Counted from the first letter of the stretch, positions 1-10,702 are shown. The stretch is DNA of 64,000 nt from an uncultured delta proteobacterium (GCA_963771465.1 CAVYTU010000013.1:436000-499999), one strand, 5' to 3'. Numbers and translations: made by a program. Notes: generated by a model not told the origin, from the letters alone.

Positions 1-16
1 GACCTTTTGTTGCGGT

Positions 17-418
17 GTGTTCTTCGGCGCGGCGCTCTACATCTCGCTCGTGCAGCACCCGGCGGCGCTGGAGATCGGTGACGAGTTCGCGGCGCGTTTC
101 TTTCGCCCGATGTATCGGCGCGCTGCTAGGCTGCAGGCGAGCCTTGCTCTAGTTGGGTGCGCAAGTGCGAGTGTGGCCTGGCTCAGCGGGGCCGGCGCGC
201 TATGGTTGGCCGCTGCCGTTCTCATCGGCAGCGTGGTTCCGTTCACGCTCATTGTGATTAAACCCGTCAACGATGCTTTGCTTCAGAATCGTGACGCTGC
301 GTCGGAAGTCGCTGTCCTGTTCACACGCTGGGGTTATCTTCACTGGGCTCGCACCGTCGCCAGTGGACTGGCGTTCCTATTGTGCCTCATCGGTTATGAC
401 GTGCGAGCACAATTCTAA
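17..418 (+). CDS. DUF1772 / anthrone oxygenase-like membrane protein (start probably upstream of the window)
   Basis: Hydrophobic helices; motifs FFGAALYISLVQHPA, PFTLIVIKPVN and RWGYLHWART. Confidence 0.8.
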   Translation: MFFGAALYISLVQHPAALEIGDEFAARFFRPMYRRAARLQASLALVGCASASVAWLSGAGALWLAAAVLIGSVVPFTLIVIKPVNDALLQNRDAASEVAVLFTRWGYLHWARTVASGLAFLLCLIGYDVRAQF

Positions 419-506
419 CGGCCGTCGCGGGTGTTAGACTAAACTCAGCCAACTTTTAATCCGCAGTGTAGTCCGGGAAGACCAGACGTCACCGAGATGA
501 ATTTGC

Positions 507-650
507 TCATGCGTTTTTCTGCTTCTTGATGACGATGCCACGCGGTTCTCTTAGCTTCTGGTTACACTTTGTACACCGGTAGCGGTAGGGTGGTTCGTTG
601 ATTTCTTCCAATAGGTGATAGCAAATCTTTTTCCTCGTCTTGCGATTCAT
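507..650 (-). CDS. Small basic Zn-ribbon-like protein
   Basis: MNRKTRKKICYH...YRCTKCNQK; C/H ligands; GGAGG-like RBS upstream (ttggaag). Confidence 0.4.
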   Translation of the reverse strand: MNRKTRKKICYHLLEEINEPPYRYRCTKCNQKLREPRGIVIKKQKNA

Positions 651-848
651 CACTACTTCCAACGCCGACATCGGATGACGATTTCCCATCCGATGTCGCA
701 ACCTAAAAATATTTCAGTTGGCCCGATGTATTGATAGACGAAACTGCGATGCGTTCGTTACAGATCGAGTATCAAGAGAAAGTTCTACGAGGCAGAAATG
801 GAGATTGGCGAGATTTGAACCGGCGCTCTCGAAGGTAATGCCAGGCAA

Positions 849-1067
849 CTATGAGTTGATCGGAGTGGAGTGATTCTGTGGTGCTCTCTTTATTCTCCAG
901 AACCGATATTTGCATTCCGTACAACGGAAAGGCTGAAGGTACGCAAGACGCAAGAGCGCCGGAATCAGTGGAAAGCGACGAGATGCCCTCACTGCGGCGC
1001 TGTCGCAGCGTGGACAAATTGGGGGATTTTGATAGGTTTCTGATGGCATCTTTACCGGAAACGCCAT
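849..1067 (-). CDS. Zn-ribbon protein (CPRC...CTEC) carrying the N-terminus of the MAVLVKMP small-protein family
   Basis: MAFPVKMPSETYQNPPICPRC...FRCTECKYRFW; paralog at 4826-5023. Confidence 0.65.
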   Translation of the reverse strand: MAFPVKMPSETYQNPPICPRCDSAAVRASRRFPLIPALLRLAYLQPFRCTECKYRFWRIKRAPQNHSTPINS

Positions 1068-1559
1068 AACCAATAATATCTGAAGTCCCTTGCAATAATG
1101 GCTTTGGATAAAGTTAGAGCAAGCAGTAGGCCACTTCCACCAATCCCTTTCCATCGCAGCGACTGATAAGGGAAATTACTCAGAGTAAGAGGGTCTGTGG
1201 GGTAAAATGTGTCTCAATTTTGGATGATGTTTTTCCGCCGTATTCCCAAATGTCCGACCACTGTAACCCAATAATATTTTTTTATAGTTGATCCTTTCTT
1301 GCTAACGACCGACGCCGCGGTTCGTCAAACCGAACAAAGCAGAGTGGACTGCCAAAATGTATCCTCTACGAGGCGGGCGAGGGAAGTAAGCCGCGCGCAG
1401 GAGTGCAGAATGGGTTTGGGGCTTGATCGTCAGCGGGGCGATACTGGTGTCCCTTTTTTTCGTATTTAACTCACTATCGTTTTGCATCGTTAGCGAGTGA
1501 AATTCAGCTAAAATTTAATATGGGGCTTGAACATTGGAAATCTCAACTTAATTTCCGCC

Positions 1560-1813
1560 GTGAAAATCCTGATTGAAATGTCTACCGAGCAATTCGACGA
1601 CTTCTTGAACAAGTGTCGGGATACATGGTTGCTCGAAGCCTCGATTTTAAAAAGAGGCGTACCGATCCTTCGGAAGATCGAAGGTGTCCACAACAGCGGA
1701 TCGCAATACTCTGTGAAGGACACCAGGCGCATAACCTCTTCGTCATAGCGCGATCGTTGAGCCTACCGGTAGCTGACGATATTAGGAAGGTGCTCAGCTC
1801 CTGCGACAGGTAG
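1560..1813 (+). CDS. Small-protein family A member, frameshifted near 1695
   Basis: VKILIEMSTEQFDDFL...SILKRG continues in another frame as RIAILCEGHQAHNLFVIARSLSLPVADDIRKVL, aligning with 7140-7400 and 14707-14961. Confidence 0.5.
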
Positions 1814-2289
1814 GGCGGTCATTTTTTCTCTTGTTTTTTCTGGAAGCACCGGACTTCGACCTGCAAAGTCAGGTGTTGATTCAATCTGAAGTAAGAATAA
1901 TGAGCGTCAGCACGCTAGAAAATTATCCGTTTGAGTGCCTCGCGTTTCACCTGCTGCTGCCGTAGGGACTATTCTCTACATATCAACTCATCTGGCCTGG
2001 GAAACCCGCAATAAAAAAATCGTATCCCAGCCGGATACAACTGATGACCGGGTGCGGGTCATGGTTAACATCTTTTCCGCGGTCGTCCTCGGATACTTAG
2101 AAATCGACGATTGGACGCTGGCTGTTATTGTCAGCGATGGCGAGTCATGCCGTCATCCTTGTCTAATAGCGACCAACAATAGAAGCCTACCACCTGCGGC
2201 GGTAAAACTTCGGGTAACTCCCACGCAGTTGCCCCCCTTCATGGCGGATTTTATATAGCGGCTCGTCGCTTGCTCTACCTGATAGCTAA

Positions 2290-3480
2290 ATGAAAAATCC
2301 ACTAGAGTTAAGCGATGTCCAGGGCAGTAGCGGTCATAGCACCGGAACACTAAAACCTCTGATCTCCTTCGCGACCTTCGTTCTGATCATTGCATCCCTC
2401 TATTGGGGGCAAGCTGTTCTGATTCCGGTCGCTCTGGCGATTTTGCTGACATTCTTGTTAAGTCCGGTTGCTGATACTCTGGAACGGATAGCCCTTAAAC
2501 GACTTCCTTCGGTCATCGTTGTCGTGATTCTTACATTTGCCATCCTGGGAGGAATCGGCTGGATCGTCACACTTCAATTTGTCAGCCTGGCTAACGAGCT
2601 GCCCAAATACAAAGGTAACATTAAGCAAAAAATAGCCGACGTGCGCGGTGCCGGTAAGGGGGGTGCCCTAGAAAAAGTCCAAAATACCGTTGAGGAAGTG
2701 AAGACCGAAATTCAGAAAAGTGACGAGCCCACAAAGGCCAAAGATCAGCGACGTCCAGTCATCGTGCAGCCTGTGGAATCTACTGCGTTTTGGCTCGATG
2801 AATCGGCCGTCGGGCCGATGGTGGAGCCGCTCGCCCGCGCCGGCCTCGTGATTTTGTTGGTGATCCTAATGCTCATTCAGCGCGAAGACCTGCGCAACCG
2901 TTTGATCCGTCTCGTCGGCTATGGGAGTTTTACAGTTACGAATCAGGCGCTCGAAGAAGCGGGTCAGCGCATAAGCCGCTACTTGCTCATGCAGACCATC
3001 ATTAATTCCTCGTTCGGGTTAGCGGTGGGTTTCGCGCTTTATCTCATCGGTCTACCTTATGCCATTCTCTGGGGTTTTCTTGCTATGGTATTGCGTTTCG
3101 TTCCCTATATCGGACCTTTTGCTGCGGCGATCATGCCCAGTGCCCTCAGCCTGGCGGTTTTTGATGGTTGGTACTGGCCGATGGTCGTTGGTGGACTCTT
3201 TTTGGCGTTGGAACTTCTTATTAATATGGTTTTGGAGCCGCTGCTCTATAGCGAGAGTGCGGGCGTCTCGGGAGTCGGACTCGTAATTGCCGTTGCGTTC
3301 TGGACATGGCTTTGGGGGCCGGTTGGACTCGTCCTCGCCACCCCACTGACGGTCTGTGTTGTCGTGCTAGGCAAGTACGTACCCGGGATGGATTTCATAG
3401 GAGTGCTGATAGGCGATCGGTCGGCGAGGGATTCAACTGTAGTTGTTTTGGAAGAAATAGATCGGCCCCTGTTAGTTTAG
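2290..3480 (+). CDS. AI-2E family transporter
   Basis: VLIPVALAILLTFLLSP, LRFVPYIGP, FWTWLWGPVGLVLATPLTV motifs. Confidence 0.9.
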   Translation: MKNPLELSDVQGSSGHSTGTLKPLISFATFVLIIASLYWGQAVLIPVALAILLTFLLSPVADTLERIALKRLPSVIVVVILTFAILGGIGWIVTLQFVSLANELPKYKGNIKQKIADVRGAGKGGALEKVQNTVEEVKTEIQKSDEPTKAKDQRRPVIVQPVESTAFWLDESAVGPMVEPLARAGLVILLVILMLIQREDLRNRLIRLVGYGSFTVTNQALEEAGQRISRYLLMQTIINSSFGLAVGFALYLIGLPYAILWGFLAMVLRFVPYIGPFAAAIMPSALSLAVFDGWYWPMVVGGLFLALELLINMVLEPLLYSESAGVSGVGLVIAVAFWTWLWGPVGLVLATPLTVCVVVLGKYVPGMDFIGVLIGDRSARDSTVVVLEEIDRPLLV

Positions 3481-3876
3481 GCGTGATTCCGCCGGCCCAG
3501 GCTGGAAAACAAATGAACACAAGTTGGAGGTGATCCTGGGCGTCTTGCGGGTCGAAGCGAAGACAGTTTTGGCGGCATACAAGTGGCCCCAGGCTAGTCG
3601 CTCATCGGCTTAGGCAAGAACGAACCTACCTCCGCTCCTCACCTGCTATGGTAGAAGAGCGCAAGCGCGAAACGAAATCGTTATCAATCAAGTGCTGTAC
3701 GGCTGAATTCAAAACTCATATTTCCGCCGAACCTGCCGTGGCACTTTATCATCCTGGAGGTTACGACGCGTGATTGTGTTGATGGGATTTGGAAATTTGA
3801 TTTCGCCGACTGGGTTCAGCCATCAATTCCTCAATTATCGGTTGATAAACTGATTAAAGCTAGGAATGCGGAAGCT

Positions 3877-3919
3877 GATTGTCAAGCCGGTTGACAGTCG
3901 GGAAATCCGTACTTAGTTT
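3877..3919 (+). promoter_or_regulatory. sigma70-type promoter of hsp20 with overlapping inverted repeat
   Basis: TTGACA(3891)-17 nt-TAGTTT; GATTGTCAA-N5-TTGACAGTC palindrome over the -35. Confidence 0.55.
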
Positions 3920-3961
3920 TCCCTCATCTTAATAAACACCCTTAAAAAAGGAGGGGCAATT

Positions 3962-4408
3962 ATGGAACTAGTAAGATGGGAACCGTTTGACGGCATGAGC
4001 CGGCTGCACAGCAGAATTAACGATCTATTCGATGAGAGCGTCGGGCGGGCACGCACGCTGCCGTCAGCGACCGCGGGTGCATGGCTACCGCCGGTGGACA
4101 TTCTCGAAAGCAAAGAGGCGTATCTGATTCGCGCTGAGTTACCGGGGATGAAAAAGGAAGATTTCAACTTGGAAGTCAACGACGGTACTTTGACGCTGAG
4201 CGGCGAGCGCAAATCCGAAGGCTTGAACAACGATGTCGAGTATCACCGAACCGAGCGGGTGCATGGCAGGTTTTCGCGATCCTTCTATCTGCCGCAGACC
4301 GTCAAGCAGGACGGTATCAAGGCCACCTATCGCGAGGGGATTTTGGAGATCCACGTGCCCAAAGTCGAGGAAGCGAAGCCTCGCCAAATCTCCATCAGCG
4401 TGAACTAA
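3962..4408 (+). CDS. Hsp20/alpha-crystallin small heat-shock protein
   Basis: PPVDILE, AELPGMKKED, ERVHGRFSRSFYLP, ATYREGILEI; AAGGAGG RBS. Confidence 0.95.
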   Translation: MELVRWEPFDGMSRLHSRINDLFDESVGRARTLPSATAGAWLPPVDILESKEAYLIRAELPGMKKEDFNLEVNDGTLTLSGERKSEGLNNDVEYHRTERVHGRFSRSFYLPQTVKQDGIKATYREGILEIHVPKVEEAKPRQISISVN

Positions 4409-4432
4409 TCCGTCTGCACTAGAATTGGCGTC

Positions 4433-4462
4433 AAAAGGGGAAGCAAACCGCTTCCCCTTTTT
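4433..4462. terminator. Intrinsic terminator after hsp20 (bidirectional shape)
   Basis: AAAAGGGGAAGC-aaacc-GCTTCCCCTTTTT. Confidence 0.85.
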
Positions 4463-4825
4463 CATTTGCGTTCAACCGCGCCTCCTACGTACCTGATGGC
4501 GGCGCGTTGCGAAGTTATTGCGATTTTTCATTTGATCCCAATTGGGCGACACATTGCCGAAATGTTGTCGCATCAATCGGACGTATCCCGTATAGTTCGT
4601 TGCTTTCGAGGGCAGATTTCGCGCTGGCACGTCCTTTGTATCTTGTAGGTTCAAAAATAGTCAATAACTCCATTCAAAAACATCGTTGCGTTTCTCGGAC
4701 AGATTATAGCGAAGCCGCAACCGTGGCGAAAATTCATCGGACCAAGGGCCGATATTTCGGCGCCTAAACATTCAATGACATCATTTCAAAGATTTCGGCG
4801 CGTTGGCCACCACAACAATTCGGAA

Positions 4826-5023
4826 ATGCCTAATAGCCAAAGGCTGCCAATCTGCCCCCGTTGTGACGGCGTCGCGGTGAGGCCGTCTCGTAGCTCGCCA
4901 GTAATTCGAGCGGTCTTCAGTTTGGTTTACCTTCAGCCCTTCCGTTGTCGGCAATGCGCCTATCGATTCTGGAGGATAAAAAGAACACTGCTGCCACAAA
5001 ATCCCTTCACACCGGTTAACTGA
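4826..5023 (+). CDS. Zn-ribbon protein (CPRC...CRQC)
   Basis: Clear paralog of 849-1067: PICPRCD.AVR.SR...YLQPFRC..C.YRFWRIKR. Confidence 0.65.
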   Translation: MPNSQRLPICPRCDGVAVRPSRSSPVIRAVFSLVYLQPFRCRQCAYRFWRIKRTLLPQNPFTPVN

Positions 5024-5219
5024 ATGTTGGCTGGCGCTACTTTGTGCGAAAGAGGAAGCCCGTAAAGTGGACTGGGATCATAGTACGTGTTGCTGCCATA
5101 AGACCTTTAATGGCAATTTAAGATTAGGATTCTCTGAGTTTTTGGAATGGCAAGACCGGGTAATAGAATTCAAGCCGCAGCATCGGATTTCCTATCGCGG
5201 CAAAAATCAAACTTAGGAC

Positions 5220-5459
5220 TTACCAAGTAGGCACAAGAAAAAGTTGATCATCATTTTCTAACTTAAATTTCTTGCCCGTTTTTAGGCATAGCGCATCATG
5301 TCCTCGAATCGCCAGAATCTGGGGTGGCACGGAACCGTCGGGGAAATACTCCCCAACAGTTTGCTTACGATCGGGACCAGCGTCGAGGTGGACCTTCATA
5401 AGAAGGGGATGTTCGCCCCGACAAAACACGCAATGAATGTAGACTTCGTATGTTGGCAT
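5220..5459 (-). CDS. Small hypothetical metal-binding protein
   Basis: CVFCRGEH...CLKTGK; globular-looking 79 aa ORF. Confidence 0.65.
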   Translation of the reverse strand: MPTYEVYIHCVFCRGEHPLLMKVHLDAGPDRKQTVGEYFPDGSVPPQILAIRGHDALCLKTGKKFKLENDDQLFLVPTW

Positions 5460-5643
5460 GGACTTTTTCAGCGTTTGACCACGGACAGGATCGCTGCTGC
5501 CTTGATAGTGCTGTGGCGATCAACGCTCATTTCAGCTTACCAAAAGAATTTCGACCTAACCATCCGGTCAGTCAATTTAAGCCCACTACTTGAATGACCA
5601 AATTCTTGGACGATAATAGAAATTAGTCGGAATCGTATTGGAT

Positions 5644-5943
5644 ATGGACAGAGCGTTCGAATCGATCCATACCTTGTCTGAAGCGGACTTTCTCGCCGTT
5701 TATGAAACTCGCCCAACTCTGCCTGAGAAGAGACTCATGTTTGCGATATTGCTGGATGCCGTCGAGTGCTTTCAACAATACGCAGGACACGAGGACAATC
5801 GTCTCTTCCTGGAAACAGAGGACTGGGTTTCTGAAGACGATCGTGGGTGGATTTTTTCATTTATCAACGTTTGCGAAGCTCTAGAAATCGACCCGCAGTA
5901 CTTGCGACAAGGTCTCTTGCATGGAAGGAAAAAAAGATCTTAG
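5644..5943 (+). CDS. Conserved hypothetical protein (EKRLM.A.L.DA...W....D....FSF.NVC family)
   Basis: Recognisable motif pattern; decayed second copy near 10024. Confidence 0.7.
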   Translation: MDRAFESIHTLSEADFLAVYETRPTLPEKRLMFAILLDAVECFQQYAGHEDNRLFLETEDWVSEDDRGWIFSFINVCEALEIDPQYLRQGLLHGRKKRS

Positions 5944-6111
5944 AATCGGAATACCGCTAGTCAAAGATGGTCTACGCAAAATCGAACGAGGCCGGCAAAA
6001 ATTCGCCGATGCGTAATCTATTCGCACGCAGCTAAATAACTCGGCTCGCCAATGGTGGGAACTTGTTGATGGCGACGCTAATCACCAAGGCCCATACAAG
6101 GAGGTAAACCT

Positions 6112-6333
6112 ATGGAGTCGCTATTTGAAACGAAGGCTTCCGGCAACCTAGAGAAAGAACCAAATTTTCCCGATGAGTGGGTTGCTATTGCGGCGTACTA
6201 CAGCTGGAAGAATGATGGTCAACCGGAGGGAAAGGATGCTGATTACTGGGATAGGGCCCGAGCTGAGCTAATTCAGCTCTGGAGCGAAGGAAATCTCCCG
6301 ACAGGATGGCAGACCTCTGACGAAGAGCGCTAG
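6112..6333 (+). CDS. DUF2934 domain protein
   Basis: AAYYSWKNDGQPEGKDADYWDRARAEL; AAGGAGG RBS. Confidence 0.8.
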   Translation: MESLFETKASGNLEKEPNFPDEWVAIAAYYSWKNDGQPEGKDADYWDRARAELIQLWSEGNLPTGWQTSDEER

Positions 6334-6382
6334 AAGTCACCGCATTTTCAAGAAAAAACATACCGATGCAGAAAGCGGAGAC

Positions 6383-6417
6383 GCGAAGGGACCGCCGTTT
6401 AATGACAGTCCCTTCGC
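6383..6417. terminator. Hairpin between convergent genes
   Basis: GCGAAGGGAC...GTCCCTTCGC inverted repeat. Confidence 0.55.
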
Positions 6418-6444
6418 GCCGCGCGAAACCGTCAGGTTAAAAAC

Positions 6445-6771
6445 TTAGTCAGATTCATGAAGGCGATACCGTCGTTCAGAATGCCATCCGCCATCATTAT
6501 CTCTATATAACTCTCTCCAGTCTCTGCGAACTTCTCTCCTCTGGTCGCGGATCTTCTGATCGTATTCACGGGCTTCGCGGAAATCGCCTTGGCGTAGCTC
6601 GCGATTACGTTGCATGGTTAATCGATCGAGCTGCTGCATGTCTTCGCGAAGTTCCTGACGCTCCCTCTTATTGCCGGGCGGGTCGAGGTCGGCGTGAGCA
6701 TGTCCCATTGGGATCGCCAGAGAAGCCGCCAACAGACCGATAGATAATGGAGCTAGTGATTTTTTTTTCAT
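6445..6771 (-). CDS. Secreted R/E/D-rich helical hypothetical protein
   Basis: Signal peptide ending AHA; strong AAGGAGAGG RBS. Confidence 0.75.
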   Translation of the reverse strand: MKKKSLAPLSIGLLAASLAIPMGHAHADLDPPGNKRERQELREDMQQLDRLTMQRNRELRQGDFREAREYDQKIRDQRREVRRDWRELYRDNDGGWHSERRYRLHESD

Positions 6772-6803
6772 TGTCGTCCCCTCCTTTTCCTATAAGGAAG
6801 AAA

Positions 6804-6820
6804 CGCAATCACCGTACCAA
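6804..6820 (-). promoter_or_regulatory. sigma54 -24/-12 promoter
   Basis: Minus strand TTGGTACGGTGATTGCG (GG-N10-GC), about 33 nt upstream of the 6771 start. Confidence 0.6.
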
Positions 6821-7139
6821 AATGTAAATGGCAGATAACTCTAAACTTCTCACATGCAAAAACTGAATTACGGAAGAGAAACTCTTGCAGATTTTTTGAG
6901 AATTTCATTCGTCCCAATTGGGCGACAGCAGCGTGACGGGATTTAATGCTCTTGCCTTCGCCATGTTTCGCGTCAGTCGCCACGTTTTGTCGATCTGATC
7001 GCTCACGATGTTTGCCGTTGCCTGCTGTGCCTCCTCCTCAGTCGAGAGGCCGCCGAACTGTCGCGTGATTCGGACGCCCCTGTAAGTCCAAACTGGCAAT
7101 TAGCCCTCTAGTGACTCCGCATTCTCTTAATGTCGATAT

Positions 7140-7400
7140 TCAAACCTCGCCAATCTCTTCGACGCCGCTTACGACGGATAACGCGTCCTCTATGTAGGGA
7201 GCAGCGCCGGGATAGAATTGGTATGCACGATCAAGGATAAGTTTCGCGTCCTCAATCTGGCAGAGTATTTCGACGATGGAAGAATCTCGCGTTCGCTCGA
7301 TTACGGAATTTTTCAGGATGGCATAGCCACGGCTGGGTAAGGGTAACCTACCGAGAAAACATCGATAGGTGTCTAACGGCATCTTTACGAGAACCGCCAT
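7140..7400 (-). CDS. Small-protein family A member (single domain)
   Basis: MAVLVKMPLDTY...YAILKNS...IVEILC...A...YP.AAPYIE.AL; paralogs elsewhere in window. Confidence 0.8.
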   Translation of the reverse strand: MAVLVKMPLDTYRCFLGRLPLPSRGYAILKNSVIERTRDSSIVEILCQIEDAKLILDRAYQFYPGAAPYIEDALSVVSGVEEIGEV

Positions 7401-7529
7401 AGCTAAATTGTATTACGAGGAAATGGGCAATCAACGGGTAGGCGAAAATAAACATGTATTTCGTGCCATCATCTGATGGCCCTGAGTATACGCTCGACCC
7501 CGCCAATTTGCTTTTGCCGACCCTCAAGC

Positions 7530-7686
7530 CTAAGGCAACTATCAAGTAAAAAGTCTTCGGCTGGACGCGCGAGCTGGAGGCGCTTTTCAACGTTCCGATT
7601 TCGCCGGTTACATCGATGTCGCCGTCACGTTCAATCCTGGTCCCGGTTGGCGGCCATTTAACAAATGGGCAATTACGGAGCTGCAT
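7530..7686 (-). pseudogene. 5' fragment of a WPP-motif small hypothetical gene
   Basis: MQLRNCPFVKWPP...GEIGTLK...FYLIV resembles 10703-10963; similarity is lost downstream. Confidence 0.35.
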
Positions 7687-8031
7687 TACTGGGGGTTCGA
7701 GCTCCTAGTCCTGTGGCCCCGGTAAGGACAAGAACCGGACGGTCAGTAGATGGGCGGACGTTGGGGCGAGCTCTTACATGGGCCGGTTTGTGTGTGACCT
7801 CGCCGAGACTAAGGGAAATCGTATCAAGGATCAGTAAAGCCCCGGTGTTCAGCAAAGAGTGAGTCCGTTAAACTTGCAACCCTGAGTTATAGTGATAGAT
7901 CAGAAAAAAAGGTTGTTTAAATTTCCCAGCGACCATGCTGGATGGTCGGATCAGATCGGGCCACGGCAGGAACTCCTTTCTGTGCTAGGTTCGCACTGAG
8001 AGAACTCTCAAGATGTAGTTGGCGTTGGCTA

Positions 8032-8367
8032 ATGAAGTTCACGTACACAAACTGTGATGCTGAAATCAAAGCCATCTTTGCTGCACGGCCTCGCAAAGAC
8101 TTTACACCCGTCGTTACAATAACTGGCTCCCAAGGTTTGAGAACGTTGATTCTCACCTCGCTGTATTTCTCAACCCGCGAGCAAGCCGAGCTTTACGGTA
8201 TGGTACTAACTCGGAAGTGGATTAAAGAGAACTCCGCCGAGATGCGGCGTAAAAGGACATTGGTCGAGGCAGCCGACCCGGCAGCAAACGTAAGAGCCAA
8301 AGCGCGCCGCAAGGATCGAGCCCCATCGCAAAACGCCATGATAGCCGCGCGCCCACCTTCCATCTAA
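8032..8367 (+). CDS. Hypothetical protein
   Basis: MKFTYTNC...YFSTREQAELYGMVLTRKWIKE; pattern seen in small uncharacterised proteins. Confidence 0.5.
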   Translation: MKFTYTNCDAEIKAIFAARPRKDFTPVVTITGSQGLRTLILTSLYFSTREQAELYGMVLTRKWIKENSAEMRRKRTLVEAADPAANVRAKARRKDRAPSQNAMIAARPPSI

Positions 8368-8419
8368 CTACTACCCAGGCCAGACCTGAGCATCAGGCGA
8401 TAGGGAAATGAAATGAGGC

Positions 8420-8818
8420 TTAGATTTCCCCAAGCTGTTTTTTGACGATGCATTCATTACAGATCGTGGAATTATCCGGCGCGTCTTGGGTCGACACGTA
8501 ATCGTCCATCGGCCACTGAGAGCAATCCGAACAGAGGTGCCAAGTATCGCCAGTTCTGGTTTTTCGATATTCGCCGCTGATTACCGAGCTTAGCGCTTTC
8601 TCTAAGTAAGGAGCAGCGAGGGGATAGAATCGGTTTGCGCGTTCAAGGATGAGGTTCACATCGTCGATTCGGCAGAACACCTCTACGATGGAGTAATTAT
8701 CAGTGAGCCTTCGCTCGATTATAGAATTTTTCAGGACGGCGTATCCACGGCTGGATAAAGGGAACCTACCCAGAAAACCTAGATAGGTATCTAACGGCAT
8801 CTTTACCAGAACCGCCAT
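8420..8818 (-). CDS. Family A domain fused to a WH-CxxC...CxxC Zn-binding domain
   Basis: Near-identical to 11713-12111; tail DTWHLCSDCSQWP...ICNEC. Confidence 0.85.
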   Translation of the reverse strand: MAVLVKMPLDTYLGFLGRFPLSSRGYAVLKNSIIERRLTDNYSIVEVFCRIDDVNLILERANRFYPLAAPYLEKALSSVISGEYRKTRTGDTWHLCSDCSQWPMDDYVSTQDAPDNSTICNECIVKKQLGEI

Positions 8819-8994
8819 AACCAAAAACCATATTTAGGTCACGTTTGGAGAGCTTTTAATTTCCAGCTCGCCCGCGGACGCATTTGCCGAGCTGCTCATA
8901 AAAAAAAGTGTTCATTACGCAGGAGAAGTGCTTGTAGAACTCGCCGAAGAGAGCGAGTTGCATACAAGCCCTTCTCAAGCATCAACACACTAGG

Positions 8995-9549
8995 CTAGGG
9001 TTTAGGTTGGCTCGGTGCTCCGCCCCATGTAAAACCGATGCCTAAATTGATCACATGATTGCCACTGCTGGAGTTGTTGTCGATGGCTTCAATACGATTG
9101 AAAAACCATTCATAACGATAACCGATATTCAAAAACGTGCGGTCGTGCACGAAGAACTTGGCGCCCACTTGCGGTCCTAGGGTGCCGGTAGCGTCGCGGT
9201 CGTTCCACACCAAACCCATGAACCCACCCACGTATGGAACAATGATGTCGGTTACGTGAAAATGATAATTGAAGAAAGGCGTGGTGCTAGCAAGCCAGAA
9301 ATCGCGACTATCGTCGATAAAATTGTAGTTCAACCCTTGTCGTATTCCGATCTGCCAACCCGGCGTTAAGTAGTAACCATAGCCCAAATCGAGGTTCAGA
9401 CTTCCACTGTCGGAACCCTGCGCATGAAACAAACCCCCCGAAAGCTGCCACTCGCTCGCGCCGTCAGTGGGCGCGGCAATCGCTGGTGCGTCACTTAACA
9501 ACCACCCGGTCAATATTGCCGTCGCAAATAATCTCACCACGTTTCGCAT
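8995..9549 (-). CDS. Outer-membrane beta-barrel protein
   Basis: Signal peptide, alternating aromatic strands, C-terminal NLGIGFTW; AGGAGG RBS before 9549. Confidence 0.8.
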   Translation of the reverse strand: MRNVVRLFATAILTGWLLSDAPAIAAPTDGASEWQLSGGLFHAQGSDSGSLNLDLGYGYYLTPGWQIGIRQGLNYNFIDDSRDFWLASTTPFFNYHFHVTDIIVPYVGGFMGLVWNDRDATGTLGPQVGAKFFVHDRTFLNIGYRYEWFFNRIEAIDNNSSSGNHVINLGIGFTWGGAPSQPKP

Positions 9550-10023
9550 ATGGAAAAACCTCCTACTAACAATTTTTTGTTCCAGTTCGTTCACGGACTC
9601 CACAGTTAGTTTCGTCCTAGCCGAGAACATGAGCAATTTAATGGCCAGTCGCCATAAAAAACGTTTTGCCCGCCGCTAAATTCTACTCTTCAGACTCGTC
9701 CCCGCAGAACTCGACCGCTACCCAGGTGGCGACAATTACGATCACTAGAGTCCAAAGTGAAATGTTCCATTTCAATTGCCTCCAGTACAACTCATCATCG
9801 TAAGATTCATCCCAGTGCATTGCGGGCACATTACTAACTACCCTAAGTCGTACTACGCCTGCTCTTCCCACCACCGCCAGACAAAGAAGCCGCTATGGAC
9901 GATCAATGGTAGCGCTCGCTGACCTTCGAAAGTTGCCGCGTTAATTGATAGGCAATGTCGTTTACGGATGACGCAAAACTAGCGCCATTAATTAGGCATT
10001 AGAAAAAATTATCTAATAAGATG

Positions 10024-10116
10024 ACGCAGGACACGAGGACAATCGTCTCTTTAAAGAACGGAGGAATGGATTTTTTCAAGACGCCGTAGATATAGATGCG
10101 CAGTATTTGCGAAAAG
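10024..10116 (+). pseudogene. Decayed partial copy of the 5644-5943 gene
   Basis: acgcaggacacgaggacaatcgtctctt identical to 5780-5807; gcagtatttgcga matches 5895 region after an internal deletion. Confidence 0.7.
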
Positions 10117-10702
10117 ATTTTCTTGCACTGGAGGGAAAAGAAAATTTCAGGAAGCCGTTACTGCGAGCCAATGTGAACCCCATCCAATGCGGTTTTCGTC
10201 CTAACGGCGGGACACCCAAGATGTTGTTATGTTGCAAAATTGCGACACATCGAAGAGCCAAACCCGATAAAAGATTCAGACGTTGTCCTGATTTTCTCTG
10301 CTGTTGGCTCGATTCTCATACTTGCAACATCATGCTGATTTCATGGATTCAGATTTGCTCCTACTTTTTTGCCCAGTCACATAGCGCTAATGCCCAGAGG
10401 AGTTGCAACAATGATATTCTCCCTCCGAAATTATCCTCGGTTCGGCCCAGCCTGGTTGTCGATTCTCGGCTTAGTTACCATTCTTCACAGCACCCCATCG
10501 CAGGCTTATCCGGTCCTCGTCGAGCATTAAGGCTATTACCATGGCGGCCCTTCAGTTTGAGATTTTGCCTTCCGACTGGCCAAATAAATCTTCTAAGCCA
10601 ATGACCGCGATATGGCCGGAGAGGTAGTTGACCGCGGCGGACGGATCTTTTTACGGTGCAGCTCACAATCGAACATAGGACAGACGCAAATAGGATATCT
10701 CT

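Noticed and set aside
413-439. attC-like ends (TCTAAC...GTTAGAC) overlapping the stop of the first gene
   Set aside because: Only 13 nt lie between the boxes, far shorter than an attC; no similar sites after neighbouring genes and no integron integrase.
7677-7706. GGTTCGAG T-loop-like hairpin suggesting a tRNA
   Set aside because: No cloverleaf, D arm or acceptor stem can be formed.
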